Shown piece after piece: positions 10,125-21,402 of a stretch of DNA of 64,000 bases. The stretch comes from an uncultured delta proteobacterium (GTDB taxonomy: Bacteria; Myxococcota_A; Polyangia; Polyangiales; Polyangiaceae). The DNA lies in NCBI GenBank assembly GCA_963782055.1, contig CAWAIF010000003.1, positions 2,880,001 through 2,944,000 of the forward strand, given 5' to 3'. Below the pieces are notes generated by a model that saw nothing but the letters and a program-made list of their open reading frames with translations, ran no database searches and was not told where the DNA came from. The position numbers were made by a program, and so were the translations under genes. Each line of letters opens with the position of its first letter. Positions within the stretch are counted from its first letter, which is position 1.

Positions 10125-10898
10125 ATGCCCGTCACGCCCATCCCGTGTCTGAAGGACAACTACGCGTACCTCGTCACGTGCCCCCGCACCGGCGAGCACG
10201 CCGTCGTGGACGTCTCGGAGGCCGCCCCGGTGCTCGCGGCGCTCCGGTCACACGACGCCCGGCCGAGGGCGATCTGGTCCACGCACCACCACTTCGATCA
10301 CGTCGGCGGCAACGAGGAGCTCGCGGGCGAGGTGGCCGGCGTGGAGGTCTGCGGTCACGCCTCGGACCGCGGCCGGATCCCCGCGCAGACGCGCTTCCTG
10401 GAGGAGGGGGACGAGCTCGCCCTCGGCGACCTGCGCGCCCGCATCCTGCACATCCCCGGGCACACGCTCGGCGCCGTCGCCTACGTGGTCGAGGGCGACG
10501 GCGCGCCGATGGTCTTCACCGGTGACACCCTCTTCGTCGCCGGCTGCGGCCGGCTCTTCGAGGGCACGCCGGTGATGATGCACGCGTCGCTCTCCAAGCT
10601 CGCCGCGCTCCCCCCGGAGACACGCGTCTACTGCGGGCACGAGTACACGCAGGCCAACCTGCGCTTCGCCGCCCACGTCGAGCCGCACAACGCCGCGGTG
10701 GCCCGCGCGCGGGAGCGGGCGGACACCCTTCGAGCGAAGGGCGAGCCCACGGTGCCGTCCACCATCGGCGAGGAGCTGCAGCACAACCCCTTCCTGCGCG
10801 TCCGCTCCGAGGAGATCCGCCGTACCCTCCACGTCGATCCCGGCGCCGACGCGGCGGCGGCCTTCGGCGCCATCCGCGCGGCGAAGGACTCCTTCTGA
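10125..10898 (+). CDS. gloB: Hydroxyacylglutathione hydrolase (glyoxalase II)
   Basis: DNYAYL, THHHFDHVGGN, PGHT, FTGDTLFVAGCGRLFEG, YCGHEYT, NPFLR, KDSF. Confidence 0.95.
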   Translation: MPVTPIPCLKDNYAYLVTCPRTGEHAVVDVSEAAPVLAALRSHDARPRAIWSTHHHFDHVGGNEELAGEVAGVEVCGHASDRGRIPAQTRFLEEGDELALGDLRARILHIPGHTLGAVAYVVEGDGAPMVFTGDTLFVAGCGRLFEGTPVMMHASLSKLAALPPETRVYCGHEYTQANLRFAAHVEPHNAAVARARERADTLRAKGEPTVPSTIGEELQHNPFLRVRSEEIRRTLHVDPGADAAAAFGAIRAAKDSF

Positions 10899-10970
10899 AG
10901 CGAAGCTCCCCCTTCGGGCTCTCCGTGCTGGACGCCCGAGGCGCAGCGGGGGGCCCTCACTCCGATCCTC

Positions 10971-12092
10971 TCAGTCCTCGCCGCCGCTCTCCACGTGCTC
11001 GCGGATGGCCTCGCGCTCGCGGGCGACGTGGGCGCTCACCGCGGAGAAGAGGCGCGGGTTGGCGATCCAGTGCGCCGAGTGGGTGATCGTCGGGACGAAC
11101 CCGCGCACCCGCTTGTGCTCGCCGCCGGCGCCCGGCTCGAACGCCTCCAGCCCGTGCGCGATGCAGTGCGCGATGCCCTCGTAGTAGCAGACGTTGAAAT
11201 GCAGGAAGGGCATCTCCACCGTCGCCCCCCAGTAGCGGCCGTACAGGCGCTTGCCCTTCTGCACGTTGAAGGCGCCGGCGATGGGGCGTTCCCCCTCGCG
11301 CGCGATGACCCACGCCAGCCGGTGGCGGAAGCGCTCGGCCACCAGCTCGAAGAAGCGCGGGGTGAGGTACCGCCGGCCCCAGACGAACTTGTCCACCGTG
11401 CTCCGGTAGAATCGATACATCGCGCGCACGATCTCCGGCGTGATCGCCTCCGGCGCGAGCGTCTCGATGGTCACGCCGTCCTTCCCCGCCTGCGCGCGCT
11501 CCCGCCGGAGCTGCGTGCGCTTCTTCGACTTGAAGGTCGCCACGAAGTCGTCGAACGACGCGTAGCCATGGTTGTGCCAGTGGTACTGCACGCCGTAGCG
11601 CTCCACGTACCCCGCGCGCGTCCAGCCCGCGGCCTCCTCCGCGCGCGGGAAGAGCGCATGCACCGAGTGGGCCCCGAGCTCGCCGGCGATCTCCCGCGCG
11701 GCCGCCGCCATCACGGGGACGAGCGCGGCGCGGTCCTCGCCCGGCGCCACCAGCACGCGCTCGCCGGTCACCGGCGAGAAGGGGACCGCCACCACCAGCT
11801 TGGGGTAGTAGCGCGTGCGCATGCGGTGGGCGAGGTCCGCCCAGGACCAGTCGAAGACGAACTCCCCCTCGCTGTTGTCCTTGAGGTAGGCGGGCGCCGC
11901 GGCCACCAGCCGCTCCTCGCCTCCGCCCGTGCGGAAGAGCGCCAGGTGCGCGGGCACCCAGGCGGCGGCGTGCTCTCCGTCGCCGCCGACGCACCCGGCC
12001 TCCTCCATGCAATCGAGCCACGTCCACTCGACGAAGGGCGAGCCCTCCTCGCCCACCAGGGCGTCCCACGCGTGCTCGGAGACTTCACGCAC
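10971..12092 (-). CDS. GNAT/FemAB-like family protein (DUF482-type)
   Basis: YLKDNSEGEFVFDWSWA, YYPKLVVAVPFSPVTG, LYGRYWG, FLHFNVCYY, GAGGEHK..RGF; true start may lie ~13 codons further upstream. Confidence 0.9.
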   Translation of the reverse strand: MREVSEHAWDALVGEEGSPFVEWTWLDCMEEAGCVGGDGEHAAAWVPAHLALFRTGGGEERLVAAAPAYLKDNSEGEFVFDWSWADLAHRMRTRYYPKLVVAVPFSPVTGERVLVAPGEDRAALVPVMAAAAREIAGELGAHSVHALFPRAEEAAGWTRAGYVERYGVQYHWHNHGYASFDDFVATFKSKKRTQLRRERAQAGKDGVTIETLAPEAITPEIVRAMYRFYRSTVDKFVWGRRYLTPRFFELVAERFRHRLAWVIAREGERPIAGAFNVQKGKRLYGRYWGATVEMPFLHFNVCYYEGIAHCIAHGLEAFEPGAGGEHKRVRGFVPTITHSAHWIANPRLFSAVSAHVAREREAIREHVESGGED

Positions 12093-12127
12093 GCGGGACA
12101 GGACGCGTAGCTCGAAGCCGGGCGCGC

Positions 12128-12757
12128 TCAGGACTTGGGGTCCTCGCGGCAGAGCACGAAGTAGGCGTCGATGAACTTGCCGCCCTTGATGGCCCGGCCG
12201 ACGCTGACGTGCTTCGACACGCCGCGCATCACGTCCACCATCCCGGCGTAGACGAAGCGCCCGGCGCGCCGCTCGTTGGGGACGATGGATGGCCAGGCCT
12301 CCGGCTTCGCGGGCGGCAGGCGCGTGTAGTCGATGTCCAGCTCCCCCTCCGAGTCCTGCCGGCCCTCCGGCTCGTGCATCACGTAGTAGCCGGGCCCGGT
12401 GAACGCCTTGGTCGGGAAGACGCCGTCGGGCGCCTGCTCGTTGTAACCCCAGAGCTCCTTCTTTCCCCCGTTGTCGCCGTTCGGCTTGGGCTTACAGAAG
12501 CGCTTCTGGAAGTGGGTGAGGGCGGGCAGGGAGTTCTTGCCCCAGTGCACCACCTCCACGAGCGGATCCACGTCGCTCGGCACGAAGTCGTCGAAGCTCA
12601 GCGTCTTGAAGCCCTTGCACTTCTCGAAGAGCCGCCGCTGCTTGTCGTGGTCCCAGTGCAGGATGGTGTCGAGCCGCCCGACGTGGCCGAGCCCGTCGAG
12701 CACCTCGGCCAGGCGGGGCAGGTCGATGTCGCCTTCGAAGAGGACGTCCAGGTTCAT
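12128..12757 (-). CDS. Conserved hypothetical protein
   Basis: High GC3 ORF MNLDVLFEGD...; motif-like segments HWGKNSLP..HFQKRFC, LWGYNEQ, FTGPGYY; co-oriented between lptB and the GNAT gene. Confidence 0.7.
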   Translation of the reverse strand: MNLDVLFEGDIDLPRLAEVLDGLGHVGRLDTILHWDHDKQRRLFEKCKGFKTLSFDDFVPSDVDPLVEVVHWGKNSLPALTHFQKRFCKPKPNGDNGGKKELWGYNEQAPDGVFPTKAFTGPGYYVMHEPEGRQDSEGELDIDYTRLPPAKPEAWPSIVPNERRAGRFVYAGMVDVMRGVSKHVSVGRAIKGGKFIDAYFVLCREDPKS

Positions 12758-12813
12758 CGAGGCAGTAGGTGTAGCGCACCCCGGGCTCCGCGTACACGTC
12801 CCGCCGCCCGCGC

Positions 12814-13539
12814 TCACGGCGGCGGGGGGATCGTCCTCGTCCACGTACCCAGATACCGCCCCCGCACCAGCGGGTGCTGCTCGAAGGCGTCCGGCGGCTC
12901 GGTCAGCGCCACCGCCCCATCCAGGAGCAAGGAGGCCCGATCGCAGACGCGCAGCGCCTCGGCGACGTGGTGGTCCGCCAGCACCACCGCCGCGCCGCCC
13001 CTGGCCAGCCGGCGAAGCAGCTCCCCCAGGTGCGCGGCGCCCGCCGGGTCCACCCCGGCGAAAGGCTCGTCGCAGATGAGCACCGCCGGCGAGTGCGTGA
13101 CCGCCCGCGCGAACTCCAGCCGCCGCCGCTCCCCGGCGCTCAGATCGCCCGCGCGCACGTCCAGCCGCGCGCCGAGCTCCACGCCCTCCGCCTCCTCGAC
13201 CACGTCGCGCTCCGCCCCGGCGATGCGGTGGAAGGTGCGCAGGTTCTCCCGCACGGTGAGGTCCAGCAGCACGCTCGGTGTCTGCGGGATGTAGCCCACC
13301 CCGGCGCGCGCGCGCCGCCAGAGCGGCCACGCCGTCACGTCCTGCTCCCCGAGACGCACCGTGCCGGCGGCGACGGGCACCTCGCCCACCAGCGCGCCGA
13401 AGAGCGTCGACTTGCCCGCGCCCGACGGGCCCAGCACCCCGAGGACCTCGCCTGGGCGCACCTCCACGTCGACGTCCCGCAGGATCACCTTGCCCCCGCG
13501 CTCCACGCGCAGACCGCGCCCTTGCAGGGTGGGGCTCAC
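12814..13539 (-). CDS. lptB: LPS export ABC transporter ATPase LptB-like
   Basis: GPSGAGKS, LWRRARAGVGYIPQ, LSAGERRRLE, DEPFAGVDP, DHHV; GTGA overlap with lptA-like gene. Confidence 0.85.
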   Translation of the reverse strand: MSPTLQGRGLRVERGGKVILRDVDVEVRPGEVLGVLGPSGAGKSTLFGALVGEVPVAAGTVRLGEQDVTAWPLWRRARAGVGYIPQTPSVLLDLTVRENLRTFHRIAGAERDVVEEAEGVELGARLDVRAGDLSAGERRRLEFARAVTHSPAVLICDEPFAGVDPAGAAHLGELLRRLARGGAAVVLADHHVAEALRVCDRASLLLDGAVALTEPPDAFEQHPLVRGRYLGTWTRTIPPPP

Positions 13540-14009
13540 CGGGCGGGCGGAACGGGGATGGACCCCTTCACCTGGGACATGGACACTCTGCCGCTGCCAA
13601 TGTCGATCGTCGCGCGGTCTGCCTGCAGCCAGCCCTGCCCGCGCGTGAGGCGGACGCCCCCGCGCAGATCCAGGACCTGCTTGGCGAGATCGAGCTCCAC
13701 CTCCGGCGCCTCGGCGTGGACACCGCGCACGTCGGCCGCCACCCCGCCGGAGCCCTTGGCCCACTTCACGTGCGGCGTGTTGTCGAACTTCAGATCGATG
13801 CGCGGGCAGCTCACCTTGAGGTCGCCCTTGGTCAGCGAGACGTTGCCGGTGAGCAGCGCCTCGCCGGCGGCGACGTCCACGTCCAGCTTGTCGGCCTGGA
13901 GGTTCATCGCGTCGCCGCCCCCGACGGCGAGGATCGGGTCGGCGCTCGACGCCGCGGGCGCCGACACGATGGCGGCGCCGACGGCCAACGCGAGGTGCCA
14001 GGCACGCAT
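13536..14009 (-). CDS. lptA: LptA/OstA family periplasmic protein
   Basis: Signal peptide; LQADKL, TGNVSLTKG, GGVRLTRG beta-jellyroll pattern; adjacent to lptB. Confidence 0.8.
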   Translation of the reverse strand: MRAWHLALAVGAAIVSAPAASSADPILAVGGGDAMNLQADKLDVDVAAGEALLTGNVSLTKGDLKVSCPRIDLKFDNTPHVKWAKGSGGVAADVRGVHAEAPEVELDLAKQVLDLRGGVRLTRGQGWLQADRATIDIGSGRVSMSQVKGSIPVPPAR

Positions 14010-14080
14010 GAATTAAGAGGTGCCTCAAGCGCGTGCGTTGTGCAAGCACTACCGCGGGCGCTCCTCGCGGGCGCTGGACC

Positions 14081-16612
14081 TCAGGTCACCTGGAGCAGGC
14101 GCGCGATCGCCTCCAGCTCGGCCGCGGCACCGGAGACACGCGGCGCCGCCGGCGCGACGGCGCCCTGGGCCGCGAGCTCCTCCACCAGGCAGGCCACCGC
14201 CGAGGTGGCGAGCGCCCCCGTGGGGACCTCCTCCGGGGAAGCCAGCACCGCCGCGCGCACCACCGCCCGCGCGAGGTGACGCCAGCGATCCGCCGGATCG
14301 CGCTCGGACTCCGGCGCCGGCGCCTGCTCGCCGCGCGCGAGGTCGGCCATCGCCCCCGCGAGCGGGACCCCCAGCCGCGCGAGCGCGCGGTCCACCCGGT
14401 AGCGCGAGAGGACCGCGTCGGCGCCGCCGCCGGAGGCGTCTCGCCCGCTCACGACGTCGGCGAGATCACGCTGGAGGAGCTGCGCGTGCGGCGCGAGGCG
14501 CTCCGCCACGGAGGCCTCCGCCGCGGCCGGATCGCCATCCAGCCGCGCGGCGGCGACGACCATCGCGCGCCGCCTCTCGTCCTCGCGCGCCGCCTGCTGC
14601 TCCTCCTCCCGCGCCGCCTCCCGCGCGCGCTGGGAGAGGCGCCCCGCCACCTTCGCCGCGCGCCGACGCAGCGCGCGTTCCTTCAGCTCGTCGCTCTTGC
14701 CCACGACCTCCTCGTCGAGCAGCATCTGCACCGCGCCCCACCCGGAGGCCGCCAGCGCCTCGGCGTCGCCCAGCTTCCCCGCCAGCGCCTGCCGCGCGGA
14801 GAGCGCGATGGGTGGCGCGTGCGAGCGCAGCCCCACCTCCTCCACCGAGCGGCTCACCAGCTCCATCACCCGCTGCAGATCCTCCGGCTTCAGCCGGTCC
14901 GCCTTGTTCACCAGCATCTGCACGGGCAGGCCGGAGGCCTTCGCCTCCTCCAGGATGGTGCGCTCGGTCTGCTTGAGCGGCTGGTTGGCGTCCAGCAGCC
15001 AGATCGCGGCGTCTGCCTCCTCGAAGGCAGACCGCGCCGCCTCGGTGTGGCGCGTGTCGGGCGCGTTGAAGCCGGGCGTATCCAGGATCTCGACGCGCGT
15101 CAGCGACGCGATGGGCAGGAGGATCTCCACGCGCCGCACCGTCGAGGTGTCCATGGTCTTCAGCGTCGCCCGCAGATCGGCGGCCGGCACGATGCGCTCC
15201 GGCGGCGAGCCCTCCGCGGGCTCCAGCGCGATCCGCGCGATGGGATCCGGGCCGTAGCGCAGGTGATGGAGCGTCGCCGTCGTGGGCAGCACGCCCGTCG
15301 GTGCCACCTCCGCGCCCACCAGCGCGTTGATGAAGGTGCTCTTGCCCGCGTTGAACTCGCCGACGATCGCCACGCGCACCGGCCTCGCGCGCTCGGCGGA
15401 GACCGCCGCCACCTGGGCGATGGCCTCCAGATCGTGCAGCGCCCGCGCGTGGGCGTCCAGCCGTCCGAGCAGATCGTCCCAGCGGGCGCGGCCCCCCGCG
15501 GGCAGCCAGACGCGCAAGAGCGCGTCCCGCCGCGTCTCGGCGATGGGCAGCACCCGCGGCGAGGCGATCTGCTGCAGCGCGTCCAGCCCCGCCCCGACGG
15601 CGGACGGGTCGTCGGTGGCCGGCGGCAGACGCCGTGCGTCCTCGACCTCCGCCTCGTGCACGCCCTCGAGCGCGCCCAGCGCCGCCGCCATCGTCGCCTC
15701 GTCGGCGTCCTCCAGCGCGGCGTCCAGCAGCGGCCGCGCGGCGCTCGTGTCGCCACCCCGCACCGCGTCCAGCAGCGCCTTGCGCGCCTCCTCGCGCGCG
15801 CCGGACGCCCGCGCGAACGCCGCCCGCCACCGCGCCAGGTCGCCCTCGCCGCGCGCCGCTACCACCACCTGCACCCGCGCGAGCGTCTCCGGGTCGGCCT
15901 TCACCCAGGCCACCGTCGAGGAGAGCAGCTCGCTCGCGCCCGGGGTGTCGAGCACGTAGGCGCGCAGCAGCGGCGCGAAGGCCGCGGCGTCGCCCGCCAT
16001 CGCCCGCGCGCGTCCCAGCGCGAGGGCCGCCCGCCCGTCCGTCGGCTCCGCCTCGAACGTCCCGAGGAGCGCCAGCGCGCCCTTGCCGTCCCCCTGGGCG
16101 AGGCGCGCCTCCGCTCGCCGCAGCGTCACGGCCTGCGAGGCGTCCCCCGCGGCGCGCGCCAGCCAGAGCTCCGCGCGCGCGCCGTCGCCCGCCGCCAGGT
16201 CCATGTCCGCCAGCGCGAGCAGGGCGTCGCGCCTCTCCTCGCTCCCACCCTCCGCCACAGCGAGCGCGCGCACGTCCGCGTCGCGCACCTCGTCGTCCGA
16301 CGCGCCGGTCCGCGCGCGCGCGCGCGCCAGCCGCAGCCACACCTCCGCCTGCGACGGCGCCCGCTTCGCCAGGTCCTCCAGCGTGAGGTGCGCCTCGGCG
16401 TCCAGGCCGCCCGCCTCGCACGCGTCGGCCAGCAGCGCCAGCCCGAGCGGCGAACCCGGGACCCGCGACAGCACGGCGTGCGCCGCCGCCCGCGCGCGCA
16501 TCGCGTCCCCGCGCGCCAGGGCCTCCTCGCCGTCGCGGAATCGCTCGTCCTGGCCGGCGAGCACGATCTCCACGCGGCCGAGCCAGCGGCCGATCGTCTC
16601 TGCCAGGCGCAT
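14081..16612 (-). CDS. Dynamin-family GTPase with N-terminal TPR-like helical region
   Basis: G1 GEFNAGKS, G2 LPTT, G3 DTPG, G4 NKAD; Ala/Leu/Arg-rich TPR-like N-terminal half; ATG 16612. Confidence 0.85.
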   Translation of the reverse strand: MRLAETIGRWLGRVEIVLAGQDERFRDGEEALARGDAMRARAAAHAVLSRVPGSPLGLALLADACEAGGLDAEAHLTLEDLAKRAPSQAEVWLRLARARARTGASDDEVRDADVRALAVAEGGSEERRDALLALADMDLAAGDGARAELWLARAAGDASQAVTLRRAEARLAQGDGKGALALLGTFEAEPTDGRAALALGRARAMAGDAAAFAPLLRAYVLDTPGASELLSSTVAWVKADPETLARVQVVVAARGEGDLARWRAAFARASGAREEARKALLDAVRGGDTSAARPLLDAALEDADEATMAAALGALEGVHEAEVEDARRLPPATDDPSAVGAGLDALQQIASPRVLPIAETRRDALLRVWLPAGGRARWDDLLGRLDAHARALHDLEAIAQVAAVSAERARPVRVAIVGEFNAGKSTFINALVGAEVAPTGVLPTTATLHHLRYGPDPIARIALEPAEGSPPERIVPAADLRATLKTMDTSTVRRVEILLPIASLTRVEILDTPGFNAPDTRHTEAARSAFEEADAAIWLLDANQPLKQTERTILEEAKASGLPVQMLVNKADRLKPEDLQRVMELVSRSVEEVGLRSHAPPIALSARQALAGKLGDAEALAASGWGAVQMLLDEEVVGKSDELKERALRRRAAKVAGRLSQRAREAAREEEQQAAREDERRRAMVVAAARLDGDPAAAEASVAERLAPHAQLLQRDLADVVSGRDASGGGADAVLSRYRVDRALARLGVPLAGAMADLARGEQAPAPESERDPADRWRHLARAVVRAAVLASPEEVPTGALATSAVACLVEELAAQGAVAPAAPRVSGAAAELEAIARLLQVT

Positions 16613-16691
16613 CGGGCGCGACGATAGCAGCGGCCCCACGTCGAATCCAGACGCCGGGGACCGCGAGGCGCGCCATACTTCCCGGCCCGTC

Positions 16692-17646
<955 letters not shown>

Positions 17647-17654
<8 letters not shown>

Positions 17655-18750
17655 CGCCTCCTCGTCCGAGCGCGTGGCCGCCGGGCCGCCGTCGCGCGCG
17701 CGAGAGCAGCGCGGCAAGGCGTCGGCGCTGTGGCACCTGGTGCTCGCCCGGTGGCGCAGCTTCTACCGTGAGCCGAGCACGGTCTTCTGGGCCTTCGGCT
17801 TCCCCATCATCCTCTCCATCGCCCTCGGCATCGCCTTCCGGAGCCGCCCGCCAGAGCCGGTGCTCGCCGCCGTCGAGGCGGCGCCGGGGGCCGCCGCCGA
17901 GCGCGCGAGCCTCGCGGCGAGCCAGGGCATCGACGCCAGGGTGATGCCCCGCGCCGAGGCGCGCGCGGCGCTGCGCTCCGGGCGCGTCGCGGTCGTCGTG
18001 GAGCGCGGCGCGTCCGGCGAGCACGTCTACCGCTATGACCCCACGCGCCCGGAGAGCCGGCTGGCGCGGGCGCTGGTCGACGACGCGCTGCAGAAGGCGG
18101 ACGGCCGCGTGGACGCGACCCCCTCCCGGGACGCCCGCGTCACCGCGATCGGTGCAAGGTACATCGATTTCCTCTTCCCCGGCCTGCTGGGCATGGGCCT
18201 GATGGGCAGCGGCCTCTGGGGCATCGGCTTCGTGCTGGTGGAGATGCGCACCCAGCGGCTGCTCAAGCGCCTCGCCGCCACGCCGATGCGGCGCGCCGAC
18301 TTCCTGCTGTCCTTCCTGCTGTCGCGCTCGGCCATCCTGGTGGTGGAGCTGCCCGCCATGCTCGCCTTCGCCTACCTCGCCTTCGGCGTCGTCGTGCGCG
18401 GCTCCTGGCCGGCCCTCATCACCGTCGCCGTGCTCGGGGCGCTCCTCTTCGCCGGGATGGGCCTGCTGGTCGCCAGTCGCGCGCGCAACACCCAGACGGT
18501 GAGCGGCCTCATCAACCTCGCGTCCATGCCGATGTACCTGTGCTCCGGTGTCTTCTTCTCCACGGCGCGCTTCCCCGACGCGATGCAGCCCTTCATCAAG
18601 GCGCTCCCCCTGACAGCGCTGAACGACGCCCTGCGCGCCATCATCAACGACGGCGCCGGCTTCCCGCAGGTCGCCCTCCCGATCGGCATCATGCTGGCGT
18701 GGGGCGTCGGCTGCTTCGCCCTGTCCCTGCGCATCTTCCGCTGGCAGTAG
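17647..18750 (+). CDS. ABC-2 type transporter permease
   Basis: N-terminal TM, RYIDFLFPGLLG, LKRLAATP, SGVFFS, C-terminal FRWQ; overlaps ATPase stop. Confidence 0.92.
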
Positions 18751-18829
18751 CGCTTTTCTCGCAACCGGGCCTTACCTCCGGGCGATGGGCCTCCCGCGCG
18801 GCGAACGGATCGCGGCGCAGGAGACGATC

Positions 18830-20482
18830 ATGCGCACTGTGGCTTCTCTCGTGGTTCTCGGTTCTCTGCTGGTGGCGTGCGGTTCGGCAGGCTTCGACCC
18901 GGGCACCGGTGACGCCGGGCCGTCCAACCCGGGCGTCGGCGGGGGCGGCGGACAGGACGCCGGGGCCGACGCGACCGACGCGGGCGTGCCCGAGATCGAC
19001 GCGGCGCTCCCGCCGCAGTGCGACGGCGACAAGCTGCCGACGGACGACACGTGTGTCGTGAGCGAGGCCGCGGGCGTGTTCGTGTCGTCCTCGCTGGGCA
19101 GCAGCAGCGGCAACGGCTCGCGCCAGCACCCGCTCGCGTCGCTCGGCGCCGCGATCCAGCTCGCCAAGTCGCAGAGCAAGCGCGTCTACGCGTGCGCGGA
19201 GACGTACCCCGAGGCGATCACCCTGGCCGACGGCGTCTCGGTGTTCGGCTACTTCGACTGCAACAACGGGTGGACCGTCGGCTCCTCCCACGCGAAGGTC
19301 CAGTCGCCGACGAGCCCCGCGGCGACGGCGAGTGGCATCGGCACGCCGACGCGCGTGGAGGCCGTCGACATCGTCGCCCCCAACTTCACGACCGGCTCGC
19401 AGACCTCGATTGGTCTGCTGGCGAAGAGCTCTCCCGCCCTGCACATGATCCACGGCGTGGTCCACGCCGGCACGGGCGGCAAGGGCGCGGACGGCGCCAA
19501 TGGCATCCAGCTCACCGACAGCGGCAGCGCGAAGGATGGTCAGGACGGCGCGGGCTACGAGGCGTGCGTCGGCACGGTCCTCGAGATTGCCCTGTGCGAG
19601 ACCGCCCACAACACGCGGGCCGGCGGCACCAACCAGTGCAACGGCGAGGCAGGCCACGACCCGGGTCCGGGCGGCAGCGGTGGCACTGGTGGCAAGTACG
19701 ACATCGCCCTCGGCTGGGAGAGCCTCGACCCCAAGCCGTCCAACGGTGGGCTCCCGGCGGCCACGCCTCAGACGGCGGCGGGCGGCATCATCAATGGCGT
19801 GCTTCCGCAGGCTGGCAAGCAGGGTGCGAGCGGCAGCAACGGTGTGTCGGGCTCGAGCATGGGCGCGCTCTCGTCGACTGGCTACACGCCGAGCAACGGC
19901 ACGTCGGGCACCGCCGGCAAGCCTGGGCAGGGCGGCGGCGGGGGCGCCGGTATCGGCCTCGACCAGCTGACCGCCAATGACCCTCAGAACCAGGCATACT
20001 GGCCGAGCACCTTTGCCCAGGCCCACGGCGGCAGCGTCAAGGCGTGGGGGACGAGCGGCGGCGGTGGTGGTGCGGGCGGCTGCCCCGGGCTCCCGGGGGG
20101 CGCGGGAAGGGGTGGCGGTGCCAGCATCGCGGTCCTCGCGACTGACAGCCCCATGACTCTGGAGGACGTGAACATCGAGTCCAGCACCGGCGGCGCCGCG
20201 GGCAAGGCGGGCGTCTTCAGCATGGCGCGGGTGGGTGGCGACGGCGGCAGCTCGCCGTACGAGAGCGGCGCGAGCGGTGGCGCGGGTGGCTACGCCGGCG
20301 TGAGCGGCAACGGCGGCGGCGGTCCGTCGTTGGGCATCGTCTACCACGGCGCGGCGGTGCAGCTCCTCGCCAGCACCGTCACGCCGGGCGCCGGCGGCGC
20401 GGGCGTCGCGCAGCGGATCATCAACACGTTCACCATCCCCGCCTCGCCTACCGGGAAGAGCGCGGACCTCTACTCCTTCTGA
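18830..20482 (+). CDS. Glycine-rich (PGRS-like) surface lipoprotein
   Basis: GGAG RBS, lipobox LVAC; GVFVS...GSRQHPLASLGAAI (DUF1565-like); long GxGG/GxAG tracts. Confidence 0.8.
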   Translation: MRTVASLVVLGSLLVACGSAGFDPGTGDAGPSNPGVGGGGGQDAGADATDAGVPEIDAALPPQCDGDKLPTDDTCVVSEAAGVFVSSSLGSSSGNGSRQHPLASLGAAIQLAKSQSKRVYACAETYPEAITLADGVSVFGYFDCNNGWTVGSSHAKVQSPTSPAATASGIGTPTRVEAVDIVAPNFTTGSQTSIGLLAKSSPALHMIHGVVHAGTGGKGADGANGIQLTDSGSAKDGQDGAGYEACVGTVLEIALCETAHNTRAGGTNQCNGEAGHDPGPGGSGGTGGKYDIALGWESLDPKPSNGGLPAATPQTAAGGIINGVLPQAGKQGASGSNGVSGSSMGALSSTGYTPSNGTSGTAGKPGQGGGGGAGIGLDQLTANDPQNQAYWPSTFAQAHGGSVKAWGTSGGGGGAGGCPGLPGGAGRGGGASIAVLATDSPMTLEDVNIESSTGGAAGKAGVFSMARVGGDGGSSPYESGASGGAGGYAGVSGNGGGGPSLGIVYHGAAVQLLASTVTPGAGGAGVAQRIINTFTIPASPTGKSADLYSF

Positions 20483-21369
20483 ACCTCGTGCTCGAGGAGG
20501 CGCTTCATCCGCGCCTCCTCGACGCGCAGCACGAGCACCTTCTCCTTCTCCACGACGACCGCGCCGGGCGCTGCCCCGCGCGGTTTTCGTACGTGCTTGC
20601 GCAGGGCGTACGACACCTCCACCACCGGCTCGCCCCGCGCGTCGGAGAAGTGCGCGGCGAGGTGCGCGGCGTCGACGAGTCGGTCCGGCGGGCACGGCTT
20701 GTTGCGCGGGATGGGCGCGATGACGTGCGCCCCCGGTACGCCGCGCGCGTGCAGCCACAGGTGGTACGGGCGCGCGACCTGGAAGGTGAGCTCGTCGTTG
20801 TGACGCGCGCCGCGGCCGACGAGGACGGGCCCGCCGCTCGCCTCGAAGGATCGGTACGGCGGCTTCGGCTGCTGCGGGCGTGCGGGGGCGCTCGCGGAGG
20901 GCGGTCGCGGGAGCAGGCTCCCGGCGGCGGCGTCCAGCGCGTCGACGTCGGGCGCCTCGGTCACGCGCGCCGCGGCGGCGTCCAGCGCCTCCAGCTCCCC
21001 TCGGGTCGCGTCGCGCCGCGCGACGACCTTCGGCTCGCCGCCGCGGAGGCGGCGCGCGTTGCGAAAGATCGCCTCGAGCTGATCGCGCGCGGGCTTGCTC
21101 GGGTCGAGCGGGATCTCCACCGTCCGCGCGTCGTCGCTCGCGTAGTCGATGACGTGCATGGAGCGCGCCCCGCGAGGCACGCGACCAGCCTCCGGGGCGG
21201 CGTACGCGGCCAGCCGGGCGAGCTCCCCCGCGTCCGCGATGCGCGCCAGATCGGCGTCGATCGCCGCGGCGCGCCGCGCCACCCGCGCACGCTTCTTGCG
21301 CAGCGCGGCGAGCGCGCGGGCGCGCGCGAGCTCCAGGTCGGGGGCGGTCGCGTCGTGGGGTGGGCGCAT
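20470..21369 (-). CDS. NFACT RNA-binding-domain protein (short RqcH/FbpA-like)
   Basis: IPLDPSKP, VLVGRGARHNDELT, LWLHARGVPGAHV, AAHLAAHFS, VRKPRGAAPGAV; NFACT-N domain absent. Confidence 0.88.
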   Translation of the reverse strand: MRPPHDATAPDLELARARALAALRKKRARVARRAAAIDADLARIADAGELARLAAYAAPEAGRVPRGARSMHVIDYASDDARTVEIPLDPSKPARDQLEAIFRNARRLRGGEPKVVARRDATRGELEALDAAAARVTEAPDVDALDAAAGSLLPRPPSASAPARPQQPKPPYRSFEASGGPVLVGRGARHNDELTFQVARPYHLWLHARGVPGAHVIAPIPRNKPCPPDRLVDAAHLAAHFSDARGEPVVEVSYALRKHVRKPRGAAPGAVVVEKEKVLVLRVEEARMKRLLEHEVQKE

Positions 21370-21402
21370 CGCGTGCGGCTGGTCTATAGTCCATCGGCGG
21401 CG

